Positions 10,236 to 19,901 are shown, counted from the stretch's first letter. The stretch: DNA of 64,000 nucleotides from Flavobacteriaceae bacterium (GCA_034111625.1 JAWUWX010000007.1:25360-89359), one strand, 5' to 3'. Translations and numbers: made by a program. The notes: a model not told the origin generated them from the sequence alone.

Positions 10236-10400
10236 CTATTCTTTTTTATCTCTTACCAATAATGCTTTGATAACACCTCTATGATTAAAAATATTTATAA
10301 CTGACCATCCAGTTTTAGCATAACTATTTAACAATGCCTCAAAATCTTCATCCTTTTTTACTGGCGTTGCTTTCTGTCGTATTAATTTATATTCTTTCAT
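10236..10400 (-). CDS. DUF4177-like microprotein (54 aa, not in ORF track)
   Basis: Own translation: MKEYKLIRQKATPVKKDEDFEALLNSYAKTGWSVINIFNHRGVIKALLVRDKKE; EYK...LN...GW pattern. Confidence 0.8.
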   Translation of the reverse strand: MKEYKLIRQKATPVKKDEDFEALLNSYAKTGWSVINIFNHRGVIKALLVRDKKE

Positions 10401-10511
10401 ATGTATGAGTTTTAACTATTCTTAGTGTTAAGATATTTCCAAATTGTTAAAATAGAATATGTATCACATTCATAATTAAAATAATGAGTAACCAAATCAT
10501 AACTTTTCTAT

Positions 10512-10679
10512 TTAATGATTATCGTTTGACCGTTCAAATACTGCTTTAGCAACTTCTCCACCTGCACCATAACCAATACTGATTATTTTCCAGCCATTTC
10601 TTGCTTCTGAATTTAGAGTATCTTCAAAAGTTGCTTCCTTGGAGAACATTTTTCTCGATACAATTTTATATTCTGTCAT
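10512..10679 (-). CDS. DUF4177-like microprotein (55 aa, not in ORF track)
   Basis: Own translation: MTEYKIVSRKMFSKEATFEDTLNSEARNGWKIISIGYGAGGEVAKAVFERSNDNH; EYK...LN...GW...FER pattern; starts 4 nt after the SPFH stop. Confidence 0.82.
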   Translation of the reverse strand: MTEYKIVSRKMFSKEATFEDTLNSEARNGWKIISIGYGAGGEVAKAVFERSNDNH

Positions 10680-10683
10680 GATT

Positions 10684-11544
10684 TTAATGATTTAAAGTTC
10701 CTGTATTTAAAACTGGAGCAACCTCTTTATCAGAACATAAAATAACCATTAAGTTACTTACCATTGCCGCTTTTCTTTCTTCATCCAATTCTACAATTCC
10801 TTTCTTATTCAATTCCTCTAATGCCATTTCGACCATGCTCACCGCACCTTCAACAATTTTATGTCTTGCGGCAACAATTGCAGTTGCTTGTTGACGTTTT
10901 AACATTGCGTTTGCAATTTCTTGAGCGTATGCTAGATATCCTATTCTTGCTTCTAACACTTCAATTCCAGCCATAGATAAACGTTCTGAAAGTTCATCTT
11001 CCAATGCTTTACTCACCTCATTCACGCTAGCTCTTAAGGTGATTTCTTCTGGACTTCCTTCATCTTGGAAGTTATCATAAGGATATAAACTTGCCAATTT
11101 TCTTACAGCAGCATCAGATTGTACACGGACAAAATTTTCATAATTATCTACGTCAAATGCAGCCTTAAAAGTATCTTTTACTCTCCATACAAGGATGGTA
11201 CTGATCATAACGGGATTCCCGAGTTTGTCATTTACCTTTACACGTTCACTGTCAAAGTTACTTGCTCTTAATGATATTGAACGTTTTCTATAAAATGGAT
11301 TTGCCCAATAAAAACCATTTTCTTTTACCGTTCCTATATATTTTCCAAATAGTAATATAACTTTAGAAGTATTTGGGTTTACTAATAAAAATCCTGTAGC
11401 TGTGATAATTGTTAATAGAATTCCAGGAATTATGATCTTAGGATTCCCTTGTGATATCCCAACTATAATAGTTGCTATAAATACAATAAGGATTCCTAGC
11501 ATAAGGTAGCCATTTGATAATTTTATGATTTTTTCATCTTTCAT
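10684..11544 (-). CDS. SPFH (band 7) domain membrane protein
   Basis: Two N-terminal TMs, KVNDKLGNP, LAYAQEIANAMLKRQQA and MVSNLMVILC motifs. Confidence 0.92.
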   Translation of the reverse strand: MKDEKIIKLSNGYLMLGILIVFIATIIVGISQGNPKIIIPGILLTIITATGFLLVNPNTSKVILLFGKYIGTVKENGFYWANPFYRKRSISLRASNFDSERVKVNDKLGNPVMISTILVWRVKDTFKAAFDVDNYENFVRVQSDAAVRKLASLYPYDNFQDEGSPEEITLRASVNEVSKALEDELSERLSMAGIEVLEARIGYLAYAQEIANAMLKRQQATAIVAARHKIVEGAVSMVEMALEELNKKGIVELDEERKAAMVSNLMVILCSDKEVAPVLNTGTLNH

Positions 11545-11560
11545 GATTAATTGATTTATT

Positions 11561-11588
11561 ATGATATTAAAATGATATCACAAATATA
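11561..11588 (-). promoter_or_regulatory. SPFH operon promoter (TATATTTG) with TGATAT direct repeat
   Basis: -7 box at 11581-11588 (minus); ATGATATTAAAATGATATCA at 11561-11580 spans the predicted start site. Confidence 0.55.
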
Positions 11589-11659
11589 TCAAATAATATT
11601 TTAATTTTCCAATTTTTTTATCATAATTATTTTTAACTTAGCCAAAACAAACTATTACG

Positions 11660-12439
11660 ATGAAGACAAAAATTATATACGTATTAATATTCTTACTGAC
11701 GTTTACCTTTCAAGTAAAAGCTTCAAATGTTTGGGGACCTACAGGTCATAGAGTTGTTGGTACGATTGCGGAAGATTACTTAACACCAAGAACGAAAAGA
11801 AAATTAAAAAAACTGCTCAAGAAAAAATCAATGGCTTTCTTATCAACATTTGCTGATGAGATAAAATCTGATAGAAAATTCAATGAATATTATTCATGGC
11901 ATTATATAAATATGCCAATGGATTCAAATTATACAGATTCAGAAAAGAATCCGAAAGGAGATTTATACACGGGAATTGAAACTTGTAAAAAAGTAATTCA
12001 AGATGAAAATTCAAGTGATGCCGATAAGATATTTCATTTGAAGATGTTGATACATTTTATGGGAGATTTACACCAACCTTTGCATATAGGCCTTAAAGAA
12101 GATAAAGGGGGAAATGACTTTAAAGTTCAATGGCATTATAAGGATACCAACCTTCATTCAGTATGGGATTCCAAGATGATTGACTCTTATGACATGGGAT
12201 ATCAAGAACTGACAGACAATGCTGATGAATTGAGTAGGGAACAAATTAAAAGCCTTCAAGAAGGTTCGCTTCTAGATTGGGTAAATGAAATGCATGAATT
12301 GACAAGAGCCGTTTATAAATCGGCAGAGAAAGATGAAAATTTACGTTATAGATACTCCTATAAACATTTTCCTATTGTACGTTCTCAATTGCAAAAAGGA
12401 GGAATAAGACTTGCGAAAGTTTTGAATGATTTGTTCTAA
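11660..12439 (+). CDS. S1/P1 nuclease (secreted)
   Basis: Signal peptide, WGPTGH, WHYIN, HFMGDLHQPLH and NLHSVWDS motifs. Confidence 0.93.
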   Translation: MKTKIIYVLIFLLTFTFQVKASNVWGPTGHRVVGTIAEDYLTPRTKRKLKKLLKKKSMAFLSTFADEIKSDRKFNEYYSWHYINMPMDSNYTDSEKNPKGDLYTGIETCKKVIQDENSSDADKIFHLKMLIHFMGDLHQPLHIGLKEDKGGNDFKVQWHYKDTNLHSVWDSKMIDSYDMGYQELTDNADELSREQIKSLQEGSLLDWVNEMHELTRAVYKSAEKDENLRYRYSYKHFPIVRSQLQKGGIRLAKVLNDLF

Positions 12440-12460
12440 AAAATAGTAACAGGCTAAAAT

Positions 12461-12493
12461 AAAAAAACGCTCCAAATTTTGGAGCGTTTTTTT
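12461..12493. terminator. bidirectional intrinsic terminator
   Basis: AAAAAAACGCTCCAA-AT-TTTGGAGCGTTTTTTT hairpin between convergent genes. Confidence 0.88.
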
Positions 12494-12513
12494 GAGGGTA
12501 ATTTAAAGAGCGG

Positions 12514-12858
12514 TTACTTGTCTAAATTTTTAGTCATATAAAAACCGGCTAATAAACCTGTTCCAGCTGTTAAAAAGATAATTCCTGGATATATTGCATC
12601 TTCATCAAGTGTTGTAAGATGATCAATAATTGATGCTAATAAGATTCCAACTCCTATTCCCATTAATAATAATGCAAGGTTTAAGATTAAAACTTTCCAT
12701 ACAGGAGCTGTATGACGGTTCCCTTTATTAAATATTTCTGCTCCTATTCCTTTTTCAATTAATGCCATTCTTTCTTTGTTTCTTGTTGTAAAGAATAGAT
12801 AAACTATTCCGAAAAGTATTCCAAAGATGATAGGTACTATAATTACTTCTGATCCCAT
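12514..12858 (-). CDS. DUF6249-like small membrane protein
   Basis: RNKERMALIEKG motif, three TM segments; divergent from the ECF sigma gene. Confidence 0.75.
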   Translation of the reverse strand: MGSEVIIVPIIFGILFGIVYLFFTTRNKERMALIEKGIGAEIFNKGNRHTAPVWKVLILNLALLLMGIGVGILLASIIDHLTTLDEDAIYPGIIFLTAGTGLLAGFYMTKNLDK

Positions 12859-12904
12859 GATTGATTTGTTTTAAATGATTAATTTTAATTCGTTACAACC
12901 ATAT

Positions 12905-12994
12905 GACTTTAAACAAGAGCGTAAGGTTACAAAAAAAGTAAATTATTTTTTTTCGAATATATCTGTAACCTTTTTAAAACTAAAAGAGTCTTAT
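12905..12994. promoter_or_regulatory. back-to-back ECF sigma promoters TGTAACC-N17-GTC
   Basis: Minus strand 12931-12905 and plus strand 12964-12990; identical -35 and spacing. Confidence 0.7.
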
Positions 12995-12999
12995 AGACG

Positions 13000-13581
13000 A
13001 TGGCAATTAATGATGACGATTATTATATTAAGAAAACACTTGAAGGCGATTCGAATTCTTTTAGTGTATTAGTAGAAAGATACCAGAATATGGTATTTGC
13101 TTTAGCATTAAAAATGTTAAAGCACAGAGAGGAATCTGAGGAAGTTTCACAAGACACTTTTATTAAGGTATATAAGTCTTTGTCCAAATTTAATGGAGAA
13201 TCGAAATTCTCAACTTGGATTTATAGAATTGCCTATAATACGTGTCTTGATAGAATTAAAAAGAATTCAAAATATAATAATAACGTTGAGATAAACGAGA
13301 TTACATCAAATGAGATTTCTCATACTGAGAGTATTTTTGATAGTCTTGAAAATAAAGAAAGAAGTATTATTGTAAAACAATGTATGGATAAACTTCCAGA
13401 AGATGAAAGAATCATTATACATTTATTTTATTTTGAAGAGTTGAACCTGAAAGAAATAGTAGAAATAGTTTCTGTGACGGAAGGAAATGTGAAAGTAAAG
13501 TTGTTCCGAGCACGAAAGAAATTATTTAGTATATTTAAAGAGTCTGTAGAACCAGAAATTTATAGCAGTTATGAACGATAA
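13000..13581 (+). CDS. ECF RNA polymerase sigma factor
   Basis: Region 2 (EEVSQDTFIK, KFSTWIYRIAYN) and region 4 (LKEI...VKVKLFRARKKL). Confidence 0.93.
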   Translation: MAINDDDYYIKKTLEGDSNSFSVLVERYQNMVFALALKMLKHREESEEVSQDTFIKVYKSLSKFNGESKFSTWIYRIAYNTCLDRIKKNSKYNNNVEINEITSNEISHTESIFDSLENKERSIIVKQCMDKLPEDERIIIHLFYFEELNLKEIVEIVSVTEGNVKVKLFRARKKLFSIFKESVEPEIYSSYER

Positions 13582-13984
13582 AGAAAAAGATTTATTAGAC
13601 AATTTTACCAAGCGAATGGTAAAGGAAACACCTGTTGAGAAGCCATCAATTGATTTTTCAAGAAATGTGATGGATACAATTAACGCATTAGAAGTAGAAA
13701 AAGAGAAGCGCGTCTTTGAACCTTTAATTTCTAATAAAGTATGGTTGTTGATTTCTGCTGGAATAATTGCTTTAACTGTATTTATTTTGAAAACAGGCGT
13801 CAATATGAATGAAGGTTACTTATCCCAAATTGACTTTAGTGGTTATACCAATGCGATTTCATTTGAAACTTCATATAATCTTGATATTTCAAATACTGCG
13901 CTATATGGCTTTATTTTTCTCGCAATTATGATTCCTATTCAGATTGGATATTTGAAAAGTTATCACAATAAAAAGTTTGAATAA
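13571..13984 (+). CDS. putative membrane anti-sigma factor
   Basis: Overlaps the sigma stop; PSIDFSRNVM motif; two TM segments. Confidence 0.65.
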   Translation: MNDKEKDLLDNFTKRMVKETPVEKPSIDFSRNVMDTINALEVEKEKRVFEPLISNKVWLLISAGIIALTVFILKTGVNMNEGYLSQIDFSGYTNAISFETSYNLDISNTALYGFIFLAIMIPIQIGYLKSYHNKKFE

Positions 13985-13991
13985 TATAGTA

Positions 13992-15053
13992 TCAACGAAT
14001 TATATAAGGGTTTACATTTTCATAATTTCGTTTGACAAAGTCCAATGCGCTGGAAACAATGTCTCCCATGTTTTTAGACCTTCTGAAACGTATATCTTTT
14101 GTCAAGGAAAACAATTCCTTTTTTAATTCTTTAATCTTAGCAGGTGTTGAGAGTTTATCTTTCTTCATACAATTTAATAAAGCGGTCAGTCTATCATATT
14201 CACTTGAAGCTCTTTTGGCCAATAAAGAACGCTCTTCATTTTTATACTGTTCCATAGACTCTTTTTGCATTAAACTTAATGTCATTTCAACAAGTTCATT
14301 ATTTTCTTTTAAAAATTGAGGCTTGTAGACTTTTGAATTTCCTTCAAATGATTGTTGGTCAAAATCTATTGCTCTAATTCTATAATCTATTTTGTCAAAA
14401 TCATGTGTCAAGACAAACACATAATTATAAGAACGCATGTCACCTAATAATCGAATAAAGCAACGTTCGTTAAATTTCACAAACTCTTTAGCTATGGATT
14501 TTTTATCTTGATCTGAAAGCGAATCTAAATGTTCTTCGATAAAAGTATCTCCTGGAATACCAGAAATATGCTCTTCAATAATGGTGTCTTTATGAACTAA
14601 AAAGTTAATGTGATTTGGTGATAAAATATGTTCTAGTTCTAAGCCGTAAATTCGAGAAGCATCCGCTTTTTTTATGTATAAATAGATGTAATTGTCATTC
14701 AGTACATTTCTTACTTTTATTCGAAATGGTTTCGTATTTCCGAAGGTACAGAAATCGATAGAGTCAATCGTAAGATATTGTAACGCTTCTTTACTACCAT
14801 CGGCATGTAAGATTGTATAAACTTGTTTTAAACTCAATTCTATTTCGGCACGTTCGTGTTCTGCAAAGTAAGTACTTACCCATAGTGTATCATTCCCATT
14901 CTTGTCATAAATCTCTACAGCGCCTTGAAAACGCAATAAATCCTCATAATATATCGGGATTTTAATATTTCTACTGTGCTCAGTTAAATAGTCAAAAAGT
15001 TTTTCACTTATAGGGTAAGCAGGTTTCTTCTTGGACATTAATTTTTTCTCCAT
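13992..15053 (-). CDS. conserved Bacteroidota hypothetical protein with kinase-like motifs
   Basis: Long ORF with FGNTKPF, YIKK, LLGDMRSYN and IRAIDFD motifs. Confidence 0.75.
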   Translation of the reverse strand: MEKKLMSKKKPAYPISEKLFDYLTEHSRNIKIPIYYEDLLRFQGAVEIYDKNGNDTLWVSTYFAEHERAEIELSLKQVYTILHADGSKEALQYLTIDSIDFCTFGNTKPFRIKVRNVLNDNYIYLYIKKADASRIYGLELEHILSPNHINFLVHKDTIIEEHISGIPGDTFIEEHLDSLSDQDKKSIAKEFVKFNERCFIRLLGDMRSYNYVFVLTHDFDKIDYRIRAIDFDQQSFEGNSKVYKPQFLKENNELVEMTLSLMQKESMEQYKNEERSLLAKRASSEYDRLTALLNCMKKDKLSTPAKIKELKKELFSLTKDIRFRRSKNMGDIVSSALDFVKRNYENVNPYIIR

Positions 15054-15108
15054 GGAAGTTGTGTGTGATTGTTTTTTTTTAAAGATAGAATGAATTCATA
15101 TATAAAAC

Positions 15109-15148
15109 AAAAAACGACATTAGTATTCTAAATACTAATGTCGTTTTT
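15109..15148 (-). terminator. intrinsic terminator
   Basis: AAAAACGACATTAGTATT / AATACTAATGTCGTTTTT perfect stem downstream of the DUF885 gene. Confidence 0.85.
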
Positions 15149-15167
15149 AATGATTAAGGTTTATTTG

Positions 15168-16937
15168 CTACTCTTTTTTATTAGATACCCATTTGTTAAT
15201 TTTGTTTTCTAATAATTGTAATGGAATACATCCAGTTTCTAAAACTTGATTATGGAATTCTTTTATGTCAAATTTTTCTCCTAATACTTTCTCAGCTCTA
15301 GCACGTAATTCACGAATCTTTAATTGTCCAATTTTATAAGACAATGCTTGACCAGGATTAGCCATGTAACGTTCAATCTCACGTGTAATACTATCTTCTG
15401 ATTCTGCTTCATTATCTAGAGAATACTGAATTGCTTTTTCTCTAGACCATCCTTTAGAATGAATTCCAGTATCTACAACCAGTCTTATTGCTCTGTGCAT
15501 TTCCATACCCAACATTCCAAAATACTGATAAGGATCAGTATATAAACCTAGTTCTTTTCCAAGAGATTCGGTATATAAAGCCCAGCCTTCACCATAAGCA
15601 CTATACCATAATGTTTTACGGAATTCAGGTAATATATTGCTCTCTTGAGTTAAAGAAATCTGATAGTGATGTCCAGGAATTGCTTCGTGTAAAAATAATG
15701 CTTCGTCAGCAAGTACATTATATTTTGTTGCATCAGGAATAGGAGCATAAAAAATCCCAGGTCTAGTTCCATCAAGTGATCCAGGATTGTACTCTGCACT
15801 TGCAGATGCTTCTCTGAAGGTTTCAGTTCTACGAACCTCAAAAGAAGTTTTTGGTTTTACATCAAATAGTTTCTCAATCTGCGGTTTCATCGTTTCATGA
15901 ATCGCATTGAAGTTGTCTATTATTTGTTGAGGTTCAGTATATGGCATTAAGGCTTTATTCCCTCTCAAATCATTGAAGAATGATTTTATATCGCCATTAA
16001 AACCTACTTCTTTCTTCACTTTTTCCATTTCAGATAATATTCTTGCAACTTCTTTCAATCCAAGTTGATGAATCTCATCTGCAGTCATATTAGTAGTCGT
16101 ATATGTTTTAATTTGATGCTTGTAATATCCTTCTCCGTTTGGAGTATCATCGATTCCGCTTGATATTCTCCCGGCATTCAAGTAATCAGTACTCATAAAA
16201 GCGTGTAGTTTTTTATAAGCAGGAACAATTTTGTTTTGAACCATATCTGTATAAGATGCAGTCAATTCTTTTTTCTCATCATCTGAAAACTCTTCAGGTA
16301 ATTTTTTTATTGGCTGATAAAATAAATGTTCTTCAGTAGCACCAGTTAAAGAGGCAAGTTGAGGAATTACTTTTTTAATCAATGACTTTGGCAATACATG
16401 CCCTAATTCAATTCCTTCTTTCATTCTTTCTTCAGTACTGTTCATCCAATCTAAATAACTGTCAACTCGTTTTAACCAGTTATTATAATCTTCTACAGTT
16501 TTGAAAGGTTGCGCTCCAGATCCACTTGCTAGTTGACCGAACATTAAGTTCATTGTCCACATTTGATTGATAGGAGTAAGGTCTTCACGGAAATTCAATC
16601 TTTCTAAATTGATATCACAATCCCAAGTTAAAACGTCTTTACTCATTTTTTCTGAATCTGTTAAATCTACATCGTTGAATTTTGACAAACTGTTTTTCGT
16701 GTCTGAATAAAATGATTTTAGGCTGTCTTTAAACTCATCTGTTAAATCATTTGGTAATTGATCATTATATCTATTATCTCCTGCAAATGTTGCATTTAAT
16801 GGAAATAATTTATAACTCTCTTCATTGTAATTTGAAAGCAACTCGTTAAAAGCTTCTGTAGTAGTTTTTTTTTCACCTTTTTCACAAGAAGTAAATGTAA
16901 GTGTCAGGACTAAACTGAATAAAAGTATTTTTTTCAT
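15168..16937 (-). CDS. DUF885 family lipoprotein (putative metallopeptidase-like)
   Basis: Lipobox FTSC, HEAIPGHH, EGWALYTE and PGQALSYKIG motifs. Confidence 0.92.
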   Translation of the reverse strand: MKKILLFSLVLTLTFTSCEKGEKKTTTEAFNELLSNYNEESYKLFPLNATFAGDNRYNDQLPNDLTDEFKDSLKSFYSDTKNSLSKFNDVDLTDSEKMSKDVLTWDCDINLERLNFREDLTPINQMWTMNLMFGQLASGSGAQPFKTVEDYNNWLKRVDSYLDWMNSTEERMKEGIELGHVLPKSLIKKVIPQLASLTGATEEHLFYQPIKKLPEEFSDDEKKELTASYTDMVQNKIVPAYKKLHAFMSTDYLNAGRISSGIDDTPNGEGYYKHQIKTYTTTNMTADEIHQLGLKEVARILSEMEKVKKEVGFNGDIKSFFNDLRGNKALMPYTEPQQIIDNFNAIHETMKPQIEKLFDVKPKTSFEVRRTETFREASASAEYNPGSLDGTRPGIFYAPIPDATKYNVLADEALFLHEAIPGHHYQISLTQESNILPEFRKTLWYSAYGEGWALYTESLGKELGLYTDPYQYFGMLGMEMHRAIRLVVDTGIHSKGWSREKAIQYSLDNEAESEDSITREIERYMANPGQALSYKIGQLKIRELRARAEKVLGEKFDIKEFHNQVLETGCIPLQLLENKINKWVSNKKE

Positions 16938-17282
16938 TTTGATAAATTTGTGTTTTTACAAAAGTAAGTTTTTACTTTGGAATACTTGTTTTGAAGAATT
17001 GTTAAAAATTTTGAAATAATTTTAGAATTATATCTATTGTACTTCAGAATATTAAACGTAGTTCTAATTTTTTTGTCTGAAAATCTGTAAATATTTTCAA
17101 TATAAGAATCTAAGATTGTAAATGTGTGCGGAATTTATATTTAGAAATTCAGAGGCTATATTTTTTGCCACATTTCTTTATTGCAGACTGTTTTATAGAT
17201 AGTTAAATTAATGAGAATATAATTAATTGTATTATTTACATACTTAAGTTGTATCTTGATGGCTAAATCAATACTAACTATT

Positions 17283-17771
17283 ATGAAAAAAAACATTAGA
17301 TTATTTGCATTTTCAGCGTTTACGGCTTTAATCATTTCAGCCTGCGTAACAAAAGAAAAAGAAGAAGGCCTTGATATGGAAAAGGTTAAAACCGAAATTC
17401 AAGCAATGGAAGATGCCTATGCAGCAGGTGAAAAAGCGAAAGACGCTGATGCTGTGGCTGCCTATTATAGCGATGCTGCCATTAGTTATAGCCGAAACAG
17501 ACAACCTATTATAGGTAAGGATGCAATCAGAGACAATATTGCAAATAATATTGCAAAAGATACAACTGAAAATTATAATGTATATAAAATTGTAGACCTA
17601 TTTGCTGAAGGTAATTCTGCGGTTGAGATTGGTTCTTGGACCGAATTCGATTCTTCTGGTAACGAAATGGGGAATGGGAATTACATGTCCTATTTTCAGA
17701 AACAAGATGGAAAATATATATGTGTTCGAGATATGAGTACGACTACATCTCCTGTTAAGTCAGATATGTAA
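17283..17771 (+). CDS. SnoaL/NTF2-like (DUF4440/YybH) lipoprotein
   Basis: Lipobox ISAC, DADAVAAYY, GKDAIR and GNYMSYFQKQDGKY motifs; ATG 17283 preferred. Confidence 0.8.
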   Translation: MKKNIRLFAFSAFTALIISACVTKEKEEGLDMEKVKTEIQAMEDAYAAGEKAKDADAVAAYYSDAAISYSRNRQPIIGKDAIRDNIANNIAKDTTENYNVYKIVDLFAEGNSAVEIGSWTEFDSSGNEMGNGNYMSYFQKQDGKYICVRDMSTTTSPVKSDM

Positions 17772-17820
17772 TCTAAAAAAATATTCGAATGTACTGAAGA
17801 AATTTTTATGAGTTATATAA

Positions 17821-17856
17821 AAAAAACCGTTTCACTGAAAAAGTGAAACGGTTTTT
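17821..17856. terminator. bidirectional intrinsic terminator
   Basis: AAAAACCGTTTCACT / AGTGAAACGGTTTTT between convergent genes. Confidence 0.88.
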
Positions 17857-17900
17857 AAGTATAAGATGCTGAAATTGTTTCAGCACGACGTTACTTACTA

Positions 17901-19817
17901 CTATTTAATCAACTCATAACTACGCTTGATGAAGTTTGTCAACTCTTCACCATGTAAAAGGTTTTGAGATAACTTAGCAAGATCAAATGTTTGCTTGATT
18001 AAACGCTCTTGTTTTTTAGGAGTTTTTGTATTTAATATTTCTCCAATTAGTTCATTATTGGTATTTACAACCAAGTTATACATGTCAGGAAAATTACCCA
18101 TTCCCATCATTCCGCCACCGCCACCAGACGCTTGCATTTCTTTCATACGACGCATAAATTCTGGTTGCGTAATTATAAAAGGATTGGCACTAGAATCCAT
18201 GGCTTCAAGTTGGATTGAATACGTTTCTTTAGGGATATTAGATTCTAAAACAGTTTTTAAACTGGTTTGTTCGTCGTCAGAGAGCTTACTGATTTTTGTT
18301 TCATCTTTTTTAATCATATTATCAATATGATCACCGTCAACTCTCACAAATGATATGTTTTCTTTGCTTGATTCTAGTTTTTGAATCAAGTGAGAAATAA
18401 TAGGAGAATCTAATAATAAGACTTCATACCCTTTATCTTTTGCATCTTGAATATAACTATGCTGTGCTTTCACATCAGAAGCATATAAGATGACAGTCTT
18501 TCCATCTTTGTCAGTTTGATTGTCTTTTATTTTTTCAATCAACTCATCATATATAAAAGCCTCACCATTTACAGTTGGATACAATGCAAACTTGTCAGCC
18601 TTTTCAAAGAATTTATCTTCTGATAACATCCCATACTCTATAATGATTTTAATATCTTCCCATTTCTCTTCAAATGCTTTTCTATCATTTTTAAATAGAC
18701 TAGCTAATTTATCTGCCACTTTACGTGTGATGTAGCTAGAGATCTTTTTTACCGCTCCATCAGTCTGTAAATAACTACGAGATACATTCAATGGAATGTC
18801 TGGTGAATCAATTACTCCACGAAGCATTTGTAAGAAATCAGGAACAATTCCTTCCACATTATCAGTTACAAAAACTTGGTTTTGATATAACTGAATTCTG
18901 TCTTTCTGTGGATCAATATTCTTGCTAATCTTTGGAAAATATAAGATTCCAGTCAAGTTGAATGGGTAATCAACATTCAAGTGAATGTTAAATAAAGGCT
19001 CTTCAAATTGCATAGGATACAACTCACGATAAAAAGATTTATAATCTTCATCTTCAAGTTCACTAGGTTGTTTAGTCCAAGCTGGATTTGGGTTGTTGAT
19101 GATATCGTCAACAGAAATCTTTTTTTGAGGTTCAGTTGTTTCTTTACCCTCTTTATCTTTAGTGGTTTCAGGTGTATGGCTTGGATCGTTTACTTCCTTT
19201 GTTCCAAATTTAATTGGAATAGGCATAAATTTATTATACTTAGTCAATAAACCTCTAATTTTTCCTTCGTCAAGAAATTCTTCAGAATCCTCAGAGATAT
19301 GTAAAACGATTTCAGTTCCCTGTTCAGTTCTGTCAGTTTCTTCAAGTGTGTATTGTGGACTTCCATCACATTCCCATCGTACAGCTTGAGAACCTTCTTT
19401 AAAAGATTTAGTAAAAATCTCAACACGCTCTGCCACCATAAAGGCAGAATAGAATCCTAATCCAAAATGACCAATAATACCAGAGTCAGGAACTTTATCT
19501 TTATATTTTTCTACAAATTCTTCTGCTCCAGAAAAGGCTACTTGATTGATGTATTTTTCAACTTCTTCAGCATCCATACCTACTCCTTGGTCAATGATTC
19601 TGATTTCTTTTGCTTCTTTATCAACTTTAATTTCAATCATCGGACTTCCGATATCTCCTTTTATCTCACCAAGAGTAGAAAGGTGTTTCAGTTTTAAAGA
19701 TGCATCCGTTGCATTTGATATTAATTCACGTAAAAAAATTTCATGATCCGAGTACAAGAATTTTTTAATTATTGGGAAAATATTTTCTGCTGTAACATTA
19801 ATGTTTCCAGTTGCCAT
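17901..19817 (-). CDS. htpG: molecular chaperone HtpG (Hsp90)
   Basis: IFLRELISNATDA, IGHFGLGFYSAFMVA and DIPLNVSRSYLQ motifs. Confidence 0.97.
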   Translation of the reverse strand: MATGNINVTAENIFPIIKKFLYSDHEIFLRELISNATDASLKLKHLSTLGEIKGDIGSPMIEIKVDKEAKEIRIIDQGVGMDAEEVEKYINQVAFSGAEEFVEKYKDKVPDSGIIGHFGLGFYSAFMVAERVEIFTKSFKEGSQAVRWECDGSPQYTLEETDRTEQGTEIVLHISEDSEEFLDEGKIRGLLTKYNKFMPIPIKFGTKEVNDPSHTPETTKDKEGKETTEPQKKISVDDIINNPNPAWTKQPSELEDEDYKSFYRELYPMQFEEPLFNIHLNVDYPFNLTGILYFPKISKNIDPQKDRIQLYQNQVFVTDNVEGIVPDFLQMLRGVIDSPDIPLNVSRSYLQTDGAVKKISSYITRKVADKLASLFKNDRKAFEEKWEDIKIIIEYGMLSEDKFFEKADKFALYPTVNGEAFIYDELIEKIKDNQTDKDGKTVILYASDVKAQHSYIQDAKDKGYEVLLLDSPIISHLIQKLESSKENISFVRVDGDHIDNMIKKDETKISKLSDDEQTSLKTVLESNIPKETYSIQLEAMDSSANPFIITQPEFMRRMKEMQASGGGGGMMGMGNFPDMYNLVVNTNNELIGEILNTKTPKKQERLIKQTFDLAKLSQNLLHGEELTNFIKRSYELIK

Positions 19818-19860
19818 AATTATTTATGTTTTTTAATAGTTTTTATTTGATATACTAATA

Positions 19861-19901
19861 GTCAAAAAAAATGCCATATTTGTAAAGGTGACAAAGTGAC
19901 A
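19861..19901 (-). promoter_or_regulatory. sigma54-like -24/-12 element with upstream TGTCA direct repeat (htpG)
   Basis: Minus strand TGGCA-TTTTTT-TTGAC (GG-N10-GA) plus TGTCA-N3-TGTCA at 19889-19901. Confidence 0.45.

Noticed and set aside
10447-10500. 17-codon hydrophobic ORF (MIWLLIILIMNVIHILF) between the DUF4177-like genes
   Set aside because: Too short; expected by chance in AT-rich DNA.
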